Assembly: GCA_965655095.1 (NCBI GenBank)
Contig: OZ296650.1
Coordinates: 28,148,001-28,212,000 of the forward strand
DNA length: 64,000 bases
Direction of reading: 5' to 3'
Source: Haplodiscus bocki
Taxonomy: Eukaryota
The translations under genes and the position numbers were made by a program. The notes under the pieces were generated by a model that made no database searches, was not told the DNA's origin, and worked only from the letters and a program-made list of their open reading frames with translations. Below are positions 24,701 through 38,900 of this stretch, one piece after another; position 1 is the first letter of the stretch, and every line of letters starts with the position of its first letter.

Positions 24701-27700
24701 CTATTGTTGTAGCTATTGTTGTAGATTTAAGACTTTTCGTCGTTGGTATCAATCTTCCTCGCATTTTTATTGGAACATCGTGCAATTTTTGCACTTGTGA
24801 GAATCAGTACAGTGTTGCCCAGTGTAACTGTTTTATTCAGAGAAGTTGCCTTCAACATACTTCCAGTTCCAACAGTCGATTTTTCGGCCATTCAATTTTC
24901 GAGAAGTTCACTACGTTGTCAATTCTGTTGGCTATTCTGCAGTTTCCAAAAAAATGTTCAGTTCAGACTTCTTCGATTCTTCTTTTGTGTAGACTCAAGA
25001 ATTCGGTTCTTCGTTGTCTTTTTTCGATAATTTCATTTAGGTCAATATGATCAATTTTTTCCTTCACCAATTCTGAGAGCGTTAGATGGTTGTTTAACAG
25101 GAAGTGCATTGGCGGTGGAAGAATATTCAAGTGCCGCAGCTGGCTCGTGTGGCCTTGAAACCGTCCCGCTATCCATTTAAATGATTTTCATTGTTTTGTC
25201 TCTAGATTTTTAAAGTCACATTTGGCTAGTATTATGCATTCAAGTCCATAAAGCAGGATCGGTACGATAAGCGATTTTTATAATCCGTGTTCAATGCAAG
25301 TATTCACTTTGACTGCTACATTTCTTTGGATGCTACAGAAAACTCGATTATGTCTTTTCAATCTGTTCTTTATGTGAGCTGTCCATGAAACCTTTTTATC
25401 AACAGTTATTTCTTCAAGATCCTTCACTTCCCTGTCAGTCCATAGAAGTTTTCTGGCGAAGTGGAGCTCTCTATCTATTCCGCGAATTTCCACAGTTGGA
25501 CATTTATCAATCGCCAGTTCCTTGTGGCTTCTTCTAAACAAGGAGTCAATTGCGTCGCAGTCAGCTTGAACATCACTTTGACTGATTTCGATTGCCGGTA
25601 TTTTCAAGTCATCCCCAAACAAATATGGCTCACCAAGGTGAAGGACATCCGGTACACCGTTGATGAAAAAACAAAACAGCAGAGGTCATAGCAGAAACCC
25701 ATGGGGAACTCCACTGGTTGTTGATATAACCTTGGAGCTGGTGTTGTCGGCTCGGACGGACTAATTCCTATCTTTCACATAATCAAAGAGTACTTCAAGA
25801 AAGTAGCATCTTACTCCCATTTGGATCACATTTTGAAGAAATTTTTTCGGCGGCACTTTTTTGAAGGCTTTCGAAAAATCAGATTAGAGAATAGTCATGT
25901 CATCATTTGAGTTTCTGTCTAATGCCTGGAAGACTTTTTGGAGTAAGGACAGCTTTTTTTGTCACTGATGTTTTCCCGACAAAGCCATGCTGGTGCTTGT
26001 TCAAGAAATTCACGAAATGGTTGAACAAAAGTGTGGAAAAAACTTCCAAAAACGTTGCTGTCTATGTTAGACAGCGATACGTGCCCATAGTTCTCCAACA
26101 GTTTCTTATCGGTTTTCTTGAAAGATGGCGTCAAAGCGGCATCCTTTCATTTTTTTGGTATTATCCGGAGACGTTTTATGTTCCCCATGAAAATGTTCAG
26201 AAGGGCACTCATGCTTTTAGCTGTCTTCTGAAAAAAGACGGGTGGATATCCTATGGGCCCCTCAATTCCTTGACGTTGATTTCTATCAGATTTTGATATA
26301 TATCCGTTCGGTTTACACTGAAGTTTGTTAGGGTGGCCTTCTTAGGTTGAATATCTTTTACTTTGAAGCTTTCTTCAGGAGAGTACACAGATTGGAAAAT
26401 ATCGTTCAGTAATTTGACTTTCTGTTTGATACTAGAAGCTGGTTTACGGTCTTTAACCGTTACCCTGAGAAAACTCATCGATTTATTCAGACTTCCGAGA
26501 CTTTTCAATACAACATTTCCGTCTCGGGTTGACATCAATTTTCACTGGTAATTCGTGCTGTCAATCTCGGCCGCCTCTGTTACATTGTTTTGCATGTTTG
26601 TATTTTGCATTTTACGCTAGTTTGTCGGTTTCATGAGAATAAGTCTCGTTTGTGTTCTCAGTTTCTTAGCAAAGTTAAATTGGTAGACTTTATAACAAAT
26701 ACATGTGCCAGACATTATCCAAGTACGGATCAATTGTCGGTGCCTTGATCTCCAGGGCATGTATGCTTCCACTGTTCTCTCAAGGAAATCATACTTTTCC
26801 TTGCACATCTGATATATGTCGGTGCAGCAATTTAGAATGAAGTCAATTGGTTCAAGTGTTTCATTTCTTGCTGATTAGTCGGCGCTACCAAAACGTCTGA
26901 AACTTCTTCTGATTGGCTTCTCTTCACACGTTGGACACTCTAAAAAAAACTTCAGAGCTTTGTGGTCAGAGCAGTCGTAGGATTGCGTAAACTCCTCGTT
27001 GAGGCTTGCAAGGCTGCAATTGCGGAAGAAGGCTACCTCCAACGTCTTTGTCCCTCGGGTGTGGATTTCTAATTTTTGTTGGTAGAAAACGTTCTCAATT
27101 ATTTCTACAACCAGTTCTTCTTCGTTTTCTTCAGTATTAAAGTTGCTCCGACTTAAGTTCGCAAAATTAAAGTATCCGCATATCAGAGCAGCTTTCCTTT
27201 CCAGCGCGGCTGCAGTAATTTTCTCGAAACCCTGTTCGATGTATCTATATCTGTTTTTTGAATTTTTGAAAACCTTTTTTCGGACGGTTTTGGAAACCAC
27301 ATATATGGGTTTTTTTTATTATTGATTTCCAGCTTGCAATTAGGTGAACATTTATGTTGATCAGTTTATGGCAATTCACAGTTGATATTGTTCTTCATTG
27401 CTACCATAACACCATCATGGTTGTTGATGTCTTTTTGTAGTTGCTTGTCTGAGAGGTAAAAATTGTAGTTGTGTCGCAGCTTTTCACTTGACTCAATGCT
27501 TTAGTAAAGCAAGGTCTTGCAATTACCAACAAAACTATCGTCAGAAAAAGTTACGGCGTTTGAGAATTTCATTCTGCGATCAAAGTTGCCAAGATTTCTG
27601 GCAATAAATTGATTGGAGATTGATCAGAAAAACATTGTCAGCTTTTCTTGGGCAGGTCGTCATTGGCGACCTCCACACCGTCGTATTAGAGCTCTAGATT

Positions 27701-28600
27701 GCAAACCTTCAAATTTTCTCGAGGCACAAATCGTTCGAGCAGCAGACATCGTTTTTTGAGGCACAAGTTTTTGAGTCTTCTTTATTTGAAGGCGGAAAGA
27801 CAAAAAAATCATTGCATTCAGATTATGTTTTCTTTCAAATTCTTTCGCTAAGAACAGTCTTGCTTCATGCTCGGTTGACAAGATTAGCATTAACGTTCTA
27901 GGCTTCGTTCTACAGGATTCTCTTTTCCTAAGTCGTCGTAGTTCGGTTATGCGGGACGTCACGCCCATTCCTTCAAGTATTCCTATCACAACGTTGGTCA
28001 TGGGGACAAGATTTTAGGCTCTTGATTTCTCGTTTTCACCCGGTAACCTTCAAATTCTTACGCTTTTCCGGTTGTGGAGATCCATTTAAGACATCGTTTT
28101 GGTTGATGACGGAGTTTGGTCGTTGCTTGCTTCCTTTGGTTGATTGGCCATGACTCCAGCGTAGCTTCTGTTCACTTTCTTGCCCAATGCAGCTTGGTTC
28201 GAGATTCATGTGCACCTTGCACGATACACAAACGTACTTTTCAGATATTGGCAAAACTAGTTTTTTGGCACGTAGCGCAACTTTTGGTCATGAATGGGAT
28301 CGAAGAGAGATGGGAGTTTCAAGGGTGTGGGAAGTCTTTGCTAAGAAATCTGGACACTCAAGTCCAGTCGCCGTACAAGAATTCCAAGAAATCACTTCCA
28401 ATTTCAGTCCTGCTCTTGAATTTCAAGTTTGATTCGCTACGCTTTTCGTTGCTTATCAATCGGTTTCCGTCTCCACAAAAAAGCATTTTGACATTTCAGC
28501 CGTTATTCAGGATAAATTCCAGTCCAATTCGAGGATATGATTTTGATGTAATTCTTACCCGTTAGTTTCAGACATGTCTTTTCGTTTCGAATTTGAAACT
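24701..28600 (-). mobile_element. near full-length CR1-like LINE (ORF1 + APE-RT ORF2), degenerate
   Basis: ORF1 ELRRL...KPRTL (27660-28250); APE LICGYFNF, TRGTKTLE, SDH (26875-27300); RT ENY..VSL.NIDS.VF, DFSKAF.KV, GVPHG..L.PLLF..FIN, FGDDLKI; 3' tandem tail (ctacaacaatag)n next to the gap. Confidence 0.9.
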
Positions 28601-28699
28601 AGGTCTTCACTAACGTGAACAAATGAAATTAGGAGCGTTTTCAATTCATTAGGCGTGTCTTCAGCACCTAACTTTCGCGTTTCACACTAATGTATACCA

Positions 28700-30100
28700 G
28701 CAATTTGTGGGATCGCTCGTAATTGAGACAGGAGTTCAGCATTCGTAAGGGGGCTTCGCTGCTGGGTTGGGTGTTTTGTAATCGTGTGCTTGATCACATC
28801 GTGCCACACGGTTATTTTCTCTTCAGGGTCGAAATTTCTGAAGATTTGTTGCAGATACTAGTGGTATTTGGCGTCCGAATGAAACACATTCCACCGTCCT
28901 TGTAGGGGTGATAAATGGCAGCGATTTTTTTTCATATCAATATTTCGAGGAGTTTATTTCGTGAAATCAGTCACTTGTTTTCGGTTTAAATTAATTAACT
29001 GTCAGTTTGTACGCCAATTAAGCGTGCAAAACTTATAAACTGAAACGAATACTTTCTGGTCTGCTGCTGCTACACGAAATTGAGAATTTTTCAAGCAATC
29101 GATCCTTTCTCGCGATATGTGACAATCAGTGAGTTTCAGGAAAGACATACAAATAGCTACATGCTCTTTCAAAATGCATAATCGCAAAGTTGGAGCCGGA
29201 AAAATTGCAATTGTCCATGGTTGAATTATCATTTTTCGGCGCTTTGAATAGTCGTATTTTTCGGCGCTTTGGGTAGCGATATTTTTTCGGCGCGTTGAAC
29301 CCGGGTATTGAGGGGGCGGGGTTGGATTTTGTTAAAAAATTTTTAATAAAAATGTTCAACAACACTGGTGACAGGACGCTGCGTTCAGGCAATCAGTTTT
29401 TTTGTTTCCTTAATCGGCTCTTCCGGTTGACTAGTTGAACAAAAAGCGTCTCTTGGAGAGTATACTCAAAATGATCGTTATTTTCTCTGCTAGAAGATGA
29501 TTGATTTTGGACAACATTTGGAGGTAGCTGACCGTGTCGTACGCCACTGAATGTTCAATAGAAACGATACCAGTGTGAAGGTTGCTGTGATGTAGGTTTG
29601 CTATGAATAAGAACCGCCTTTTCGTTCTAATTATTGGTCGATGTCTTTTATTGGATAGGTTGCTCTTTATTAGAGTAATTAATAACTGGTCAACCGTACT
29701 CACCTAGCACTACAGTAGCGAATATTTTGGGAATTGCATGGATTTTTTTCTCGTTGGTTTTCAGTTGACGGGACCACACTACTTTGATTGGGACTACACT
29801 TTTGAACAAATACGTAGTTTCAAGTTTTCAGTTTTGATTGTTATTTGCCCAATAAAAGTTTTGCTAGAAAACAAGATCATTCGAAATGGTTTTTCAGAAA
29901 GTGGAAGCGATGATTCGAACATCTAAAAAGTTGACAAAAACTGTTGCGTTAACGGTCAAGTCGGCCAGGTTATTATCGATTTTTGATTAACACTGGTTGT
30001 AAAAGTTGTACAGTAAATTATGTTGATGCTTTTTTGAATTGTTGAGGTGGTTGATTTTCAAGCGTCTTGTGCCTACCTAATTTTGTTTTATGCGAAGTAA
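28700..30100 (-). mobile_element. LINE RT fragment
   Basis: SVAYDTVS..MLSKI (~29540) and PERSVLSPVLLNIFI (~29390) correspond to RT domains 3-4. Confidence 0.65.
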
Positions 30101-31999
30101 GGAAACAGGAATGTCAATTATGCGCCAGGAAATGAATTTTTCTTTAGATAATTTTTTTTGATTATTTTTCAAAAGGTACGCGCTTTTCATTTTACCTACT
30201 AGGATTTACAGAATTTTAAGTATCCCCTTTTATCAGTACTTGTTCATAAAACGGTTTTGACGCATCGATGTTTATAGGTCAGTGGAGACTCCGAGCAAAT
30301 TATCCGAGCCTGTGGCATTGGAGACACTGAAGAAGACCGAAGATGCAGAGATCGGATTTTATGAGAAAGTTAGTTGAATATTTTGACTATGAAAGAGCGA
30401 TTCCAACCGGCGGTGTATTGGAAACCGGCCTATGCATAGTTATTTATCCTGTCTAAAACTTTCAGTTTGTGACGTCATCAGTGAGTCTAGTCATCTAGTG
30501 TAAACGGTCAAAAAGGGCTCTTTTTGAAACATCTTCGCAGGTACTTGTTTATTTTCGCGTTCTGAAAAATCCAAAAATTTTGAACATTGGTCTGAAAAAT
30601 GAACAACAGCCTTCTAAACGGTAATGTTTCACATAACATTACTTTGAATATGAGACAGTGTGGGCAGTGTATGAGGTCTACCAAAAAAAACGTTCCAGCT
30701 TCCAAAATTGTTAATATTGTTAAACAAGACATCGTAGAAAAAATGTTTGAAGCTGTTTTAAGGTCTTGTTGACTAATATTGGCCATTTTGAGAGCTCAAA
30801 GTTGCAAGTTAAAATATTTGCTGGAAAAAGACATGGACAGACTAAATCCTCCACTCTGAATTATCTCTAAACACGGTAAAATCAATTAAAAGTTAGATGG
30901 TTGGAATGCGATGGATATTTTTGGAAAGAAACACTACTGACGAAACACCTAAAAATCCTATTTTTCTATTTCAAGCCAAGTGAAATGTTTTCATTTTTAG
31001 CGCCTTTAATGAAAATCTGTGAAGTTTTTACTTTCGACAGAAGCATTTTTGCAATATGTTGCGTTTTTCGTCAATTCTTTTTCCGGAATTTGCTGAGGTT
31101 TGTTCTATTGTGTGTCAATCAAAAAATTGAAAATTTTGACGACTAACAGGGTATCTTCTGTCAAACTTTAAATGCACAGCAACTTGAATCTCAAAATCTT
31201 GACTTTTTTGGTTTTGTTGTGACTCTTATCCCCAAAATGGAGTAATAACTTTCTGCGAGAAATCTATTTTACCTCGCCAATGTTTGCGAACCAGTTACTC
31301 CTCTGTGCTACTGCTGAGATAGCAAGTTCCATGGACATGGATACCGAGGGCTTTTCGATCGTGAACATCTTTATGGTGTTGCACGCACTCTTTTCCATTT
31401 CCTCGCTTGCTTGAATGGAGTTGAAGCAAGCAATCTGGCGGGGAAAATGTAGCGAACAATTTTGCGCCAAACATGTAATTTGGCGGTAAGATAAATTAAA
31501 GTGATTAATTTGGCCAGTATATAATTTTCGAGATAGATTACACGAGCGAGCAAGCGAAGCTATATGTATTGCTGTCGGCCGGACAATTTTCACTTTGTTT
31601 TTTTCCGCTCGTTCAAAACTCGTTCTATGATAAATTTCAATTTTTCAAGCGCGTAAATATTTTTTCATGTGGGTTATTCGCCAACGTGCTCACTTGTTAG
31701 CAAGGGGTTTTTTGTCTTTTGGATTGGCGAATGAACCACTTAATGCTATTTTTTTTGAAAAAATACCTCAATAATTAGAAAATCGAAAAACTTGATACTT
31801 CTTTTCTGAGGAAAATCTTTCTACCACTTCGACTACATGTGACATGGAGGATCTGGGAAGTAAAAGGTATCGGCCGTTTAATACCGTCATCTCGAAATCT
31901 AGTAACTTCTAATTAAAAAATCAAAAATGTTTCAAGAAGCCCAATAAAAGTTTTTTCCTGATAACTAGAGTTCTGATTGCGTTCATGCATTGTTTATTT

Positions 32000-34600
32000 A
32001 GCTAATCGTTACCCAGAGGAAGTGAAAAGTAGGAGGTTTTGCGCTTCGATGTCGAATAAGATGAACTTGTTGTTGGTAAAACAAGGATGTTTTGGGCATT
32101 TAGTCAATCTGACTGCCTATGGGTTTCAGTTCTTTCTCCGCACTTCGGAGATGTTTCCGTGATTGACCGACAGGCTGATTACTAAAGTGAATCGGATTGA
32201 TCCCTGCATAATATTTACCTTGATTCTTTCATACTGATTTTCGGCCGCTTCCGTCAAGCTAGAGCAAGCGTTACTGTTCAATCTTGGATTTCAAGTCCAT
32301 GAAGTCGTAGCTCAGATTCAATTATTTGAAATTTAGATTCAAATTTGCTTCAGTTTGTATTCGAATCTTGGTTTCAACTTTTTCAAATTGATGACCTTTC
32401 ATCGGTTCTAAACTTTGTTTGCCAAAAGGTCGAAAGACTGAAAACTAATCGATGGGCCCAAATTGACCAGTAGACCATTGTATGCTCCGAATTTTTCTGA
32501 GCTCTGATTTGTCTGTTTAGTTTTTCGACGCGATGGGTGAATTTTTGACAGTATGATTAGTCTGCTGTTTTTCGAGCTATTTGGATTTTTTGCTATTTTC
32601 TACATTTTAGGGCTTTGAGCGGAGCCATAATGTCCTATTGTAGACATTTCGGTGTGAAACGTTTTTTCTCCGCAGGAAATTCTGCCGACCGTTCAACTTT
32701 GGAGACCTGTATCTCTGTACTGAAATTTGCGATTTGAATGGATTTTGATTTCCTTGTGGTAACTTTCGAAGGGCTCTCGGATGGTGAAAAGAAGGTCCGA
32801 TTTTTTTTCCGCCAAAATTGTTTCCTGAAACAAATTTCCTATTTTTACCGCTTCAAGTCGAGTTATAAACAGCGACGGGTGATTTGATGCATACAGCCAA
32901 CTTAGGCGCATAAAGTCTTCACTCCGCCGTAAATAGTGCACGCAGTCGTACACCGAATATTGAAAACACCTTTTTGAAATTTTCACTTCGCTAAAAATTA
33001 GTTTCAGAAGGATAACGCTTGCACGGACTTTCGATAGCTGCAATGATAGGCTTTGATTAACAAATTTCGTTTTTGTTTCACCTGTTTAATCAGAAATCGG
33101 TTTATATCATGTTTTTCTAATTTATTGCTTTTTTGCACATCAGCCAAATATTTGTCCGAAAGTCAAGCAAATCTATATGCAGCAATTGCTGGTATGTCTT
33201 AGGCATCACAAAAAGGGCTGGAAATCTTTCTCGATCGTTTCTCAAACATTTTCCGCAAGTCATATTGTTTTCAAAGTGCGGCAGTACCTTTTCCTACTAT
33301 CTTAACAACCCAACAATCATATGCTCCCCTTAGACGGATAGGTTATCTCAATAGTGCGCTTTGAGGAATATTTCAAGAATTTCTCCATGTGTTCTGGGAG
33401 ATGGCTGATCCTAGCGGTTTTTCCGGATATTTAGCACTGCATTCCCTTGTTCGCTCGGAATTGGACAGTTGCAAACGTGCCATCCGTGTATGCGCCCGAC
33501 TGCTCAAAGCCCATGAGCTAAATTCATTAGCAGCTATCTTAATAATCTAAATATTTGAAACCTCGCACTATTGCGCCCTGGTTTTTCAATCGTTCATCGA
33601 AAGTTTTTCTAGACTTGCGATCCGATCTTATCAGAGCTTGTTCTAATACACGTGACCTAGAGACTGTAAGCTGTCGCAGGTACTGTCTGTTTCAAACTTC
33701 AATCTAGAAAGGTGTTGACTTGTATTCGGAGAATCAACATTATTTTTCCTCGTGTCGTTGGTTTAAAATGTTCGTCCTGAAAAATGGCTGTCGAATTGTG
33801 TCAAATGTGCACTAATACGAGTATGTGCATTCTGGAAGTTCTTTGGAGTGGCAGTGATTAACGTTCACATTTTTCGGAGGAAAAAACCGTGTGGTTGGAA
33901 AGTCCGCCATGTTTCTACCTGCTTCGTTGATTAAATATGAATTTGAGAGCTAATTGTGGAATTGCGTCCAGCGTTATTTGGAGTATTCGCTACCTTGAGA
34001 TTGCGTGGAGAACAGATATTGATTGATTTATTGTTTTTTTCGAGAATGAGTTGACACTTGTAATTCGAAAATGAGAGATGCCTTTACTTAGAGCGTTCGT
34101 TGTCTTTTTCTTGATGACTAGTGTTTTGATTGCCTTCTTGTATTGCTTATTTCAGTAATGGGTATCTAGAGGATGTGAGAAATAAAAGAAGTTGACGTCA
34201 ATTGTCTCTTCTACCTCGAAAACTCAACTTGTACTTGGAAAATTAAAGTGGCTTTCGTCTGCATCGTTCATAAAAGGCGAATATCTCGATATTTAGTCGT
34301 ATTTTGGTCATCTTGCGGAAATTCGCTTCTTTACTTTCAAATCATGTGGAGTAGCAGGGGTTGTCTCTTCTTCGAATACGATTTTGATTTTGTAATTGGA
34401 AACTCAAGGTTGATTTTGCTTGCGAAGTTGGTGTTTTTCTCGACGATCGTTCTTTTCCACTCGTCATATTGTTTTTCAAGAAACATCCTCAGTTGTACCG
34501 AAGTAATCGAAATTTTTCTCCTCGGTGCAGTTTTTCTGAACTTTGATGATTCCTCAACAGAGTTTCTGAATTTTGATAACCAGACGTAAGTTAATGTGCG
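32000..34600 (-). mobile_element. decayed LINE ORF2 (APE C-terminus and RT)
   Basis: Frameshifted ATV.PI...ENYRPISL-like block (~33470-33390) and downstream RT-like blocks. Confidence 0.5.
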
Positions 34601-34689
34601 TGAAAAAGTCGAATGGGAAAAACATACTGCGAGTAAATTTCATCAATATAACAAATCAAAAAAACTCATTTCATTTAAACTTACTCTAG

Positions 34690-35930
34690 AATAAATGAAA
34701 ACCGCTACACATGTTATGAATACAATAACTTTGATATTTGTGATATACCAATAAAGAAAAAAGTTACCAGAGGCATTTAAAAACGAAAAAGCATCTTCTC
34801 GAAACAGGCAAATTTGTCAAAACCAAATGTGATACTTGTGAGTTTGAAGTCCCACAAAATTATTTTAACACGCACTCAAAATCCATGAATTATTTTCTAA
34901 AAATTGAAGCCTTCATCGAAACTAAATGTGATACTTGTAATATTGAATTACAACAAAACATGTTCACGAAGCATTTAAAATTAAATAGACACTTTTTCAA
35001 CTTTGATGAAAAAACAATTTGCAAACTTTGTAAAAAAAAATACTATAACCCCCAAGAAACACATTACTGTTCAAAAATGAAATGTGAAATCTGCATTAAA
35101 ATTATTATGTGTGAACATTTGGAAGCCCAAAATCATTCAAATGAACATACTAAGAATGAAGACAGAAGAAATTCATCAAATTAAATTTTTTGTGAAAATT
35201 TTAGCCTTTACGTTAAAATTTCGAATGATAAACACAAATCCTCTCTAGGAGACATAAAAAATTCAAATCCAATACCGGAGAACAAATGTGAGGATACTAC
35301 TGAAATCGAAAACACAATTGAAGTGGAAAACATAGAAAGAGCAGCTAATACAGAATGTCCATTTACTTTACCACAGGAATTACACAAAATTTTGTAACCC
35401 AATTTATATCTTTAGCCCCAGAATATGCTAGTACAATTATTATGATTTCCCCAGATGAAAATTTTAAAACAAATGATGTTAACACTATACTTAAAAAAGT
35501 AAATCTTTTGCAAGGTTAATTGACAAATCGTATTTTAAATACCGAGTATCTTTTTATGCTTTCTTTGAGCAAGAATATTGTGATGCTAGAAGTGACAAAA
35601 TAACTATTGTTTCAAATGATGTATACTTAAATATCTCACAGAAAAAATTATTAACACTAAAAGAAATTGATGATATTAACATCCAATTGGAATTATAATA
35701 AAAAAAATTAAGGCTTTGAACGAAATGTATCTAGTTTTAGTTTTGAAGGCACTGTTGATATGGATATAAATTTTTCACAAACAGAAAAATAATAATGATC
35801 TTCCTTGTAACCATATCTATAAACCCAAAGTCATAATGATATTTATTGTGCAAATTGGTCAATCCTAGTTGACTTATTTCCAGTAAAAACAGTTTTTGTA
35901 TTAAGTAGTTATGCAAAACATCTCAGTACA
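34690..35930 (+). pseudogene. Polinton-type pPolB 5' fragment with repeated C2H2-like zinc fingers
   Basis: Repeated KCDTC..E.......HLK..H units (34830-35150); downstream SG(W).F and N.D.YC..WSIL..LFP blocks (~35730-35885). Confidence 0.6.
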
Positions 35931-35990
35931 ATATATATATTGTACGTTTGCTTATTTCAAATGTTGATTACGTTTGCTAATATATATATA

Positions 35991-38900
35991 TATCCAGTAC
36001 TAAATTGATTCCTCTTCAACTATAGTACCGTCGTCAGTAGAAGAGATTGTCGGTTGCGCACGTTTTTTTGAGACTATCGTAACTCCGAATGTTAAAATCG
36101 AAGGAGTTACTAATTGCGCCTTTCGTCATATGTGCTCTACTTATAAAATACCGTTCTGATCAGAATGATGGCGCCCTGTCTCTAGCAGTCGGTGCACAGC
36201 AGTTGGGATGCTAACAAGAGCTTTTTTCACTTGCTTCTTTTTCTGGTTCGTACATTTCTAAAATCGCTTGTTTTTGTTGGTATTGATGTAACCGTCAAAT
36301 CTCTAATGTTTCCGTAATTCAACTGGGAAATGTTTTTTCAGTCTGGGACGTGTTGTCAAGTGGAGCTTCATCACTGTGCTACACTTGCGGCGTGATTTTA
36401 GGGAGCAAAGCGAGTGTCTTTTTGTCGATTTCTGTTTTTCCGTCCGTTCCGAAATCGCTCGTTGCCGTTATTGTTGTTCTGAAATTTTGTTGATGCAATC
36501 TCGCTTTGCTGAAATTGTTTCTTTGCGTGGTGTCTTTTCCAGCGCGGATGTCGAGCAGAAACTTGTTTCTGCTATTGCAGTAGGGAATAAACAGAGAGTA
36601 TGCAGCGTGTACCAAGTTCTGTTTTCAAGGATCACCAAAGTTCCTTTCGACAAATCCTAATTTCCTTTTGAAGGTCCATAATGCTTTTGCAGTCACCTTG
36701 CATTAAAGAACAGTGATTGGTTTGCGTCCATCAAAACTAGATCCCATTATCCACTTGCCGCAATGCGAGTCAGAGCTGGTCTATACTCGCTTTTTACTTC
36801 GAAATTCGTCAACTTTTATCTGGAAAAAGATTGGCCTGTATCAGATATTACTGATGTGAAAGCTTGACAAGTATGTGAGAAGTTCAAAATGTTTCTTTAT
36901 TTGTCCGGAAGGTGTTTCGCGTGAATTAGTTGTCGGATTCTGTCCTTCTGGTCTCTTTTCGAATAATCAAGGTGGGATTGCGTCCATGCAGCGCATTGTA
37001 CTAAACAATGCTATTTAGTTCTGCAGGAAAAAGTTATTGTGAATTTTGTACTTCTGTGTCGAAAAATCACTTGTATTCCGAAGATCGGCGAAGTTTTATC
37101 TTTCGTTTTCCACGAAAAGTGGCCCTCTTGAAGACTGGATCGATTGGCATGTATACAGAAAGATGAGTTCTCTGTGAGATGTTTTGCGAGTAGCAAATTG
37201 AACATACTTCAAAAGCATGGTTTTTTGAGGCGCCGTGAAGTGTGTGGTATGATGCCTTTCAAAGCTTTTGGACGAGACGTGTTTTAATTGAAAATGTACA
37301 GCTGTTCCTACTTGCGTTTGTCAATGAAAAGGTTTCTCTTGGAGACTGCCTGTCTCATTGAATCTATCCAGTACTAAATTGATTCCTCTTCAACTATAGT
37401 ACCGTCGTCAGTAGAAGAGATTGTCGGTTGCGCACGTTTTTTTGAGACTATCGTAACTCCGAATGTTAAAATCGAAGGAGTTACTAATTGCGCCTTTCGT
37501 CATATGTGCTCTACTTATAAAATACCGTTCTGATCAGAATGATGGCGCCCTGTCTCTAGCAGTCGGTGCACAGCAGTTGGGATGCTAACAAGAGCTTTTT
37601 TCACTTGCTTCTTTTTCTGGTTCGTACATTTCTAAAATCGCTTGTTTTTGTTGGTATTGATGTAACCGTCAAATCTCTAATGTTTCCGTAATTCAACTGG
37701 GAAATGTTTTTTCAGTCTGGGACGTGTTGTCAAGTGGAGCTTCATCACTGTGCTACACTTGCGGCGTGATTTTAGGGAGCAAAGCGAGTGTCTTTTTGTC
37801 GATTTCTGTTTTTCCGTCCGTTCCGAAATCGCTCGTTGCCGTTATTGTTGTTCTGAAATTTTGTTGATGCAATCTCGCTTTGCTGAAATTGTTTCTTTGC
37901 GTGGTGTCTTTTCCAGCGCGGATGTCGAGCAGAAACTTGTTTCTGCTATTGCAGTAGGGAATAAACAGAGAGTATGCAGCGTGTACCAAGTTCTGTTTTC
38001 AAGGATCACCAAAGTTCCTTTCGACAAATCCTAATTTCCTTTTGAAGGTCCATAATGCTTTTGCAGTCACCTTGCATTAAAGAACAGTGATTGGTTTGCG
38101 TCCATCAAAACTAGATCCCATTATCCACTTGCCGCAATGCGAGTCAGAGCTGGTCTATACTCGCTTTTTACTTCGAAATTCGTCAACTTTTATCTGGAAA
38201 AAGATTGGCCTGTATCGGATATTACTGATGTGAAAGCTTGACAAGTATGTGAGAAGTTCAAAATGTTTCTTTATTTGTCCGGAAGGTGTTTCGCGTGAAT
38301 TAGTTGTCGGATTCTGTCCTTCTGGTCTCTTTTCGAATAATCAAGGTGGGATTGCGTCCATGCAGCGCATTGTACTAAACAATGCTATTTAGTTCTGCAG
38401 GAAAAAGTTATTGTGAATTTTGTACTTCTGTGTCGAAAAATCACTTGTATTCCGAAGATCGGCGAAGTTTTATCTTTCGTTTTCCACGAAAAGTGGCCCT
38501 CTTGAAGACTGGATCGATTGGCATGTATACAGAAAGATGAGTTCTCTGTGAGATGTTTTGCGAGTAGCAAATTGAACATACTTCAAAAGCATGGTTTTTT
38601 GAGGCGCCGTGAAGTGTGTGGTATGATGCCTTTCAAAGCTTTTGGACGAGACGTGTTTTAATTGAAAATGTACAGCTGTTCCTACTTGCGTTTGTCAATG
38701 AAAAGGTTTCTCTTGGAGACTGCCTGTCTCATTGAATCTATCCAGTACTAAATTGATTCCTCTTCAACTATAGTACCGTCGTCAGTAGAAGAGATTGTCG
38801 GTTGCGCACGTTTTTTTGAGACTATCGTAACTCCGAATGTTAAAATCGAAGGAGTTACTAATTGCGCCTTTCGTCATATGTGCTCTACTTATAAAATACC

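Noticed and set aside
24476-25050. ORFs spanning N runs (also 44742-45141)
   Set aside because: Artefacts of translating assembly gaps.
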